Positions 60,740 to 64,000 of a stretch of DNA of 64,000 nucleotides are shown here, piece after piece. Numbering within the stretch: the stretch's first letter is position 1; each line of letters opens with the position of its first letter. The stretch covers positions 32,001 to 96,000 of IMG/VR virus record IMGVR_UViG_3300008108_000057, one strand, 5' to 3'. Under the pieces are notes generated by a model that ran no database searches, was not told where the DNA came from, and saw only the letters and a program-made list of their open reading frames with translations. Both the position numbers and the translations under genes were made by a program. Source of the DNA: a virus.

Positions 60740-61186
60740 ATGAAAACAAAATATATTAGAGCATACATGGATGTAGCAAAACGATTTGCTGAATTGTCAT
60801 CAGCAAAGCGACTACATGTTGGAGCCATCATAGTCAAAGATGACAGAATTATCTCAATCGGCTATAATGGTATGCCACCTGGTTGGTCTAATATTTGTGA
60901 AGATGTTACAGAAGAAGGAACACTCAAAACCAAACCTGAAGTAATCCATGCAGAAGCCAATGCAATTGCAAAGTTAGCTAAAAGTACAGAATCTGGCAAA
61001 GATGCTACCATGTTTCTTACTCATGCACCATGTATTGATTGTGCCAAACAGATATTTACTGCTGGTATTCAGACGGTCTACTATGAGAAAGACTATAGAT
61101 CCAATGATGGTCTGAGATTCTTATCTTTATGTGGAGTAGAGGTAATTAAGTCCCCAGAGCCGTCAGACGGGTCGGAGAAGGGTTAA
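60740..61186 (+). CDS. dCMP deaminase
   Basis: VGA.IV, GYNG.P.G, HAE.NAI, PC..CAK. Confidence 0.92.
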   Translation: MKTKYIRAYMDVAKRFAELSSAKRLHVGAIIVKDDRIISIGYNGMPPGWSNICEDVTEEGTLKTKPEVIHAEANAIAKLAKSTESGKDATMFLTHAPCIDCAKQIFTAGIQTVYYEKDYRSNDGLRFLSLCGVEVIKSPEPSDGSEKG

Positions 61187-61228
61187 AAGATAAATATTGA
61201 TGCGTAGTGGGTATATAAAGGAAAACCC

Positions 61229-61738
61229 ATGCAATTCAAGATTGTCAAATGTCCAGATAAAGACTTCAAGCCTTTCGTGTCTGAGGCAGCCTCTTTCTTT
61301 GCCCAAGAACTCATCCCAAACACAAGAATACGGAATAACTGTAAAACCAAGATTGTCTTTACCAATAAGATTAAAGAATATGGTTATGCTAGTATTGCAG
61401 GTTTCAATACTAAAAAACAACCTAGAGAATTTCTTATAGAAATACATTCAGGTATCGGTGCAAGATTGATACTAGAAACACTTGCACATGAAATGGTACA
61501 TGTCAAACAATATATCATGAATGAAACTGATGATGTATTGTCTAGATGGAAGAATAAAAAGATAGACCAAAGTAAGGTTGATTATTGGAATCATCCTTGG
61601 GAAATTGATGCATATGGTAGAGAACCAGGGTTGTTATATAAATTTGTGGTACTGAATTGTCTTTGGCACATATTTGATGAATTTAAAAATCCTGATGATC
61701 CAATTATTTCAATTCCGATAAAATGGAAAGTTTCATAA
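61229..61738 (+). CDS. Zincin-like metallopeptidase
   Basis: TLAHEMVH.KQY (HExxH) and Y...PWEI.AY. Confidence 0.75.
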   Translation: MQFKIVKCPDKDFKPFVSEAASFFAQELIPNTRIRNNCKTKIVFTNKIKEYGYASIAGFNTKKQPREFLIEIHSGIGARLILETLAHEMVHVKQYIMNETDDVLSRWKNKKIDQSKVDYWNHPWEIDAYGREPGLLYKFVVLNCLWHIFDEFKNPDDPIISIPIKWKVS

Positions 61739-61756
61739 AAAACAACAAAAAAAGCA

Positions 61757-61785
61757 TTGACAATTCAAAAAGTTTACTATATAAT
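61757..61785 (+). promoter_or_regulatory. Consensus sigma70 promoter for the leader/tRNA operon
   Basis: Perfect TTGACA-17-TATAAT. Confidence 0.9.
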
Positions 61786-61818
61786 GTTAACATATTAAAT
61801 TTAGTTAGAAAGATTACA

Positions 61819-61914
61819 ATGTTGTCCATACGCAAACCCATTATAATTCAGCCAGAGTATCACACAAGTAATTGTGGAGATGCGTTATGGTTCGCCTTTG
61901 GGGTCCGTGTATAG
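61819..61914 (+). CDS. Putative attenuator leader peptide containing all 20 amino acids (MLSIRKPIIIQPEYHTSNCGDALWFAFGVRV)
   Basis: First ATG downstream of the predicted transcription start, weak AGAAAG SD; 31 codons, 29 distinct; 3' end overlaps the antiterminator strand. Confidence 0.75.
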   Translation: MLSIRKPIIIQPEYHTSNCGDALWFAFGVRV

Positions 61915-61945
61915 ACTAGAAATCTTAATCTAAACACAAGACCCC
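61900..61945 (+). promoter_or_regulatory. Putative antiterminator hairpin
   Basis: GGGGTC-C-GTGT-A-TAGA (61900-61915) pairs with TCTA-A-ACAC-AA-GACCCC (61929-61945), taking the 5' arm of the terminator. Confidence 0.75.
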
Positions 61946-61973
61946 TAGCGTAAAAACTAGGGGTTTTTTGTTT
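61938..61973 (+). terminator. Intrinsic terminator/attenuator upstream of the tRNA array
   Basis: ACCCCTAG-cgtaaaaa-CTAGGGGT followed by TTTTTGTTT, ending 5 nt before tRNA-Gln. Confidence 0.88.
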
Positions 61974-61978
61974 ACTGT

Positions 61979-62052
61979 TGGGATATAGTGTAACGGCAGC
62001 ACCGCAGACTTTGACTCTGTTAGTCTAGGTTCAAATCCTAGTATCCCTGCCA
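61979..62052 (+). tRNA. tRNA-Gln(UUG)
   Basis: GCAGA-CT-TTG-AC-TCTGT anticodon arm; T arm; CCA. Confidence 0.9.
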
Positions 62053-62059
62053 TGGTTAA

Positions 62060-62147
62060 GGAAGTGTGGATGAGTGGTTTAAATCAGCAGTCTTGAAAAC
62101 TGCCGACTGTAAAAGGTCCGTGAGTTCGAATCTCACCGCTTCCGCCA
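62060..62147 (+). tRNA. tRNA-Ser(UGA)
   Basis: GCAGT-CT-TGA-AA-ACTGC; long variable arm; GCCA end. Confidence 0.92.
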
Positions 62148-62160
62148 GATAGGAGAAGAA

Positions 62161-62304
62161 ATGGATATAGCAATCATACTATTAACAATATTAGGTTATT
62201 GGATAGGAATGGGTTTTACTGTGGCTGCTATGATGTTTTTGTTTTATAAGTTTGCTGTAATAGTAGGAGATATGGCTGAGAGGCTTAAGGCAGCGGTTTG
62301 CTAA
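62161..62304 (+). CDS. Small hydrophobic peptide (47 aa) overlapping tRNA-Ser(GCU)
   Basis: AGGAG SD; MDIAIILLTILGYWIGMGFTVAAMMFLFYKFAVIVGDMAERLKAAVC. Confidence 0.4.
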   Translation: MDIAIILLTILGYWIGMGFTVAAMMFLFYKFAVIVGDMAERLKAAVC

Positions 62305-62357
62305 ACCGTCGTATTGATTAAACAGTACCGTTGGTTCGAATCCAACTATCTCCACCA
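62266..62357 (+). tRNA. tRNA-Ser(GCU)
   Basis: GCGGT-TT-GCT-AA-ACCGT; long variable arm; ACCA end. Confidence 0.9.
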
Positions 62358-62389
62358 ATTAATGAACAAAAGGAAAGGAGTAATTATGA

Positions 62390-62458
62390 ATGGCTGCGAT
62401 AGTTATAGTTATCATTTTTTTGCTTCTTTATTTTGTGTTTAAGAATGACCTTCGGTAG
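62390..62458 (+). CDS. Small hydrophobic peptide (22 aa)
   Basis: AAGGAG SD; MAAIVIVIIFLLLYFVFKNDLR; stop lies inside the next tRNA. Confidence 0.3.
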   Translation: MAAIVIVIIFLLLYFVFKNDLR

Positions 62459-62538
62459 CTCACGGTAGAGCAGGATGCCTTATAAGCATTTGTCCAGATA
62501 AGACCCAGGATGTGGTTCGACTCCACACCGAAGGACCA
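62449..62538 (+). tRNA. tRNA with UAU anticodon (Ile) and an unusually long variable region
   Basis: CCTTCGG/CCGAAGG acceptor; GATGC-CT-TAT-AA-GCATT; approx. 20-nt variable region; TGTGG-TTCGACT-CCACA; ACCA. Confidence 0.8.
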
Positions 62539-62544
62539 GTTGAT

Positions 62545-62622
62545 GCAACGGTGGCAGAGTGGCCCAATGCAAAGGTCTGCAAAACCTTAAAACCGTCAGT
62601 TCGAATCTGACCCGTTGTTCCA
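62545..62622 (+). tRNA. tRNA-Cys(GCA)
   Basis: AAGGT-CT-GCA-AA-ACCTT; U73 discriminator; CCA. Confidence 0.9.
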
Positions 62623-62640
62623 GTTGCAAAAGTAGTAACA

Positions 62641-62690
62641 TGTTGTATTTGTACAACACGCTTGACAAAACGATTGAGCCAATGTACAAT
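62641..62690 (+). promoter_or_regulatory. Internal sigma70 promoter with upstream palindrome
   Basis: TGTTGTA-tttg-TACAACA (62641-62658), then TTGACA(62662)-17-TACAAT. Confidence 0.75.
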
Positions 62691-62707
62691 GATGTTTCTG
62701 TAGTTGA

Positions 62708-62723
62708 GTTTCTTTAACAATTT
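62708..62723 (+). promoter_or_regulatory. boxA-like Nus antitermination element
   Basis: GTTTCTTTAACAATTT versus rrn boxA TGCTCTTTAACAATTT; lies between promoter and tRNA-Glu. Confidence 0.6.
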
Positions 62724-62734
62724 GAAGTTTCTGT

Positions 62735-62809
62735 GGACCGTTCGTCTATCGGTTAGGACATTGCCCTTTCACGGCAGTAAGAGGAGTTCGATTCTCCTAC
62801 GGTCTACCA
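62735..62809 (+). tRNA. tRNA-Glu(UUC)
   Basis: TTGCC-CT-TTC-AC-GGCAG; T arm; CCA. Confidence 0.9.
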
Positions 62810-62849
62810 TATTAAAGTATATTCATAATAAGTATACTTCAATATGGTT

Positions 62850-63036
62850 TCCGGTTACTACTTTCCTGAAAGTAGCGTGTGGCGACGAGAATTGTCCCGG
62901 TGGCTATGGCACCGTTAGCGCCGTCGAAAGCAGACAACATAGCAGCGTGGACACTACGTAGCAAATCGCTGATTAGTGTTCGGACAGGGTAACAACTCAG
63001 TCTAGGGCTTGCGTGGAAAACAAGTAGCTAGACACC
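62850..63036 (+). ncRNA. Unidentified structured RNA within the tRNA array
   Basis: GC-enriched segment with several helices: CTACTTTC/GAAAGTAG, CGACG/CGTCG enclosing CGGTG/CACCG, GGACACTA/TAGTGTTC, GTCTAG/CTAGAC. Confidence 0.5.
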
Positions 63037-63092
63037 TTAATTTTTTTACAAAGGAGACCTGTCATGGATAGTGACAAGAGTGGTAAGATTAT

Positions 63093-63167
63093 GGGTGCGT
63101 AACTCAATGGCAGAGTAATCGGCTTTTAACCGATAAGTTGTGAGTTCGAGTCTCACCGCACCTACCA
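63093..63167 (+). tRNA. tRNA-Lys(UUU)
   Basis: ATCGG-CT-TTT-AA-CCGAT; CCA. Confidence 0.92.
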
Positions 63168-63201
63168 TATAAAAGTATTTTGTATCAGAATATTTTTATA
63201 T

Positions 63202-63278
63202 GGCACTTTAGTTCAGTTGGTTAGAACGCTGCCCTGTCACGGCAGAGGTCAGGGATTCGAGTTCCCTAAGTGTCGCCA
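63202..63278 (+). tRNA. tRNA-Asp(GUC)
   Basis: CTGCC-CT-GTC-AC-GGCAG; GCCA. Confidence 0.92.
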
Positions 63279-63285
63279 AATTTAT

Positions 63286-63360
63286 TCCGGTGTAGTTCAG
63301 TGGTAGAACGGTGGACTGTTAATCCATATGTCGTTGGTTCGATCCCAACCTCCGGAGCCA
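63286..63360 (+). tRNA. tRNA-Asn(GUU)
   Basis: GTGGA-CT-GTT-AA-TCCAT; GCCA. Confidence 0.92.
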
Positions 63361-63365
63361 ATTAT

Positions 63366-63450
63366 GGGTGTCGAGAAGCATTGGTGACTTCAGCAGACTG
63401 TAAATCTGTCGCCTTCGGCATACGGGGTTCGAATCCCTGGGCACCCACCA
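63366..63450 (+). tRNA. tRNA-Tyr(GUA)
   Basis: GCAGA-CT-GTA-AA-TCTGT; variable arm GCC-TTC-GGC; ACCA. Confidence 0.9.
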
Positions 63451-63530
63451 AATAAAAGTATCAAAGGCTATATACAGAATACATTATTCGTACTTGAATT
63501 ATTATCAAATTTTTTAGTGAAGGAATCCAA

Positions 63531-64000
63531 ATGAAAACTCGTGGATTAAATTATGGGGCCAGTGTTGGTCTTGAAGCATATGATATAGACTGGAACTCTA
63601 AAGAAGAAATTGATGAATTAGGTAGACTTTGTGCTAGTCAATGTATTGTTTTTGTCAATGAAAGAATACCTACTGAACAAGTATATAACATTATGACTCA
63701 ATGGGGCGACTCAAGCCGAGCCCTTATACATGAATATGTTATTCAACGTAAAATTTCAGGTAGACATTGGAGAGAGATATTACTTAATTTAGGATATATC
63801 GCTAAGGATGCAGGGAAGGACATCAGTCCGGCAGTATCTATGGTAAGTTATAAAAAGGATGATGATGGTCGTCCTCGAGGCATTTTCAGTAACGGTGAAT
63901 TAGATTGGCATAGTGACCAATGTGCATTTGATGATGCACAACGTATTATTGGTTTACAAAGTATAAGTGACACGGTAAACAGTCAAACAACATTTTTATG
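63531..64000 (+). CDS. TauD/TfdA-like 2OG-Fe(II) dioxygenase (3' partial)
   Basis: Manual translation MKTRGLNYGASVGLEAYDID...G.F.NGELDWHSD...QTTFL; HxD motif; AAGGA RBS; open to the window end. Confidence 0.7.
   Translation, partial: MKTRGLNYGASVGLEAYDIDWNSKEEIDELGRLCASQCIVFVNERIPTEQVYNIMTQWGDSSRALIHEYVIQRKISGRHWREILLNLGYIAKDAGKDISPAVSMVSYKKDDDGRPRGIFSNGELDWHSDQCAFDDAQRIIGLQSISDTVNSQTTFL

Noticed and set aside
2653-61447. Numerous short minus-strand and alternate-frame ORFs in the track
   Set aside because: They are shadows of long + strand genes with recognisable T4-like products and show no recognisable motifs.
61723-61914. 63-aa version of the leader ORF in the ORF track
   Set aside because: Its start lies upstream of the consensus promoter at 61757-61785 and overlaps the previous gene; the ATG at 61819 is the first one downstream of the predicted transcription start.
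62060-62147. Possible selenocysteine or opal-suppressor tRNA
   Set aside because: Anticodon UGA reads UCA (Ser); a suppressor would need anticodon UCA. The structure is an ordinary tRNA-Ser.
62460-63455. ORFs 62460-62720, 62480-62689, 62704-62961 and 63270-63455
   Set aside because: They run through or antisense to well-formed tRNA genes and lack SD sequences or protein-like features.
1-64000. Stop-codon reassignment
   Set aside because: Core genes are full length under the standard code, with TAA, TGA and TAG all used as stops; no suppressor tRNA seen.

Overview
This 64-kb window is from a large, AT-rich T4-like myovirus of the environmental, cyanophage-like gene-order type. All supported genes are on the + strand. 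In order it holds: baseplate genes (gp6/gp7/gp8-like) and a 3019-aa VrlC/DUF4815-type virion protein with four tandem Hint domains; tail-fibre and adhesin genes; neck, terminase, tail, portal, prohead and capsid genes (gp13-gp23, gp3); uvsY, uvsW, gp55, gp47 and gp46; a peptide deformylase and a candidate DNA-modification cluster; gp45, gp44, gp62, regA and a small heat-shock gene with a ROSE-like thermometer; and a 12-tRNA region followed by a partial TauD-like gene. The most striking unexplained element is at 61757-61973, directly upstream of the main tRNA array. A perfect sigma70 promoter drives a 31-codon leader peptide that contains all 20 amino acids (29 different codons). Its last codons form an antiterminator that competes with an intrinsic terminator. 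This looks like a ribosome-coupled attenuator that senses shortage of almost any tRNA and switches on phage tRNA genes. All family calls come from motif recognition and synteny only; no database searches were run.
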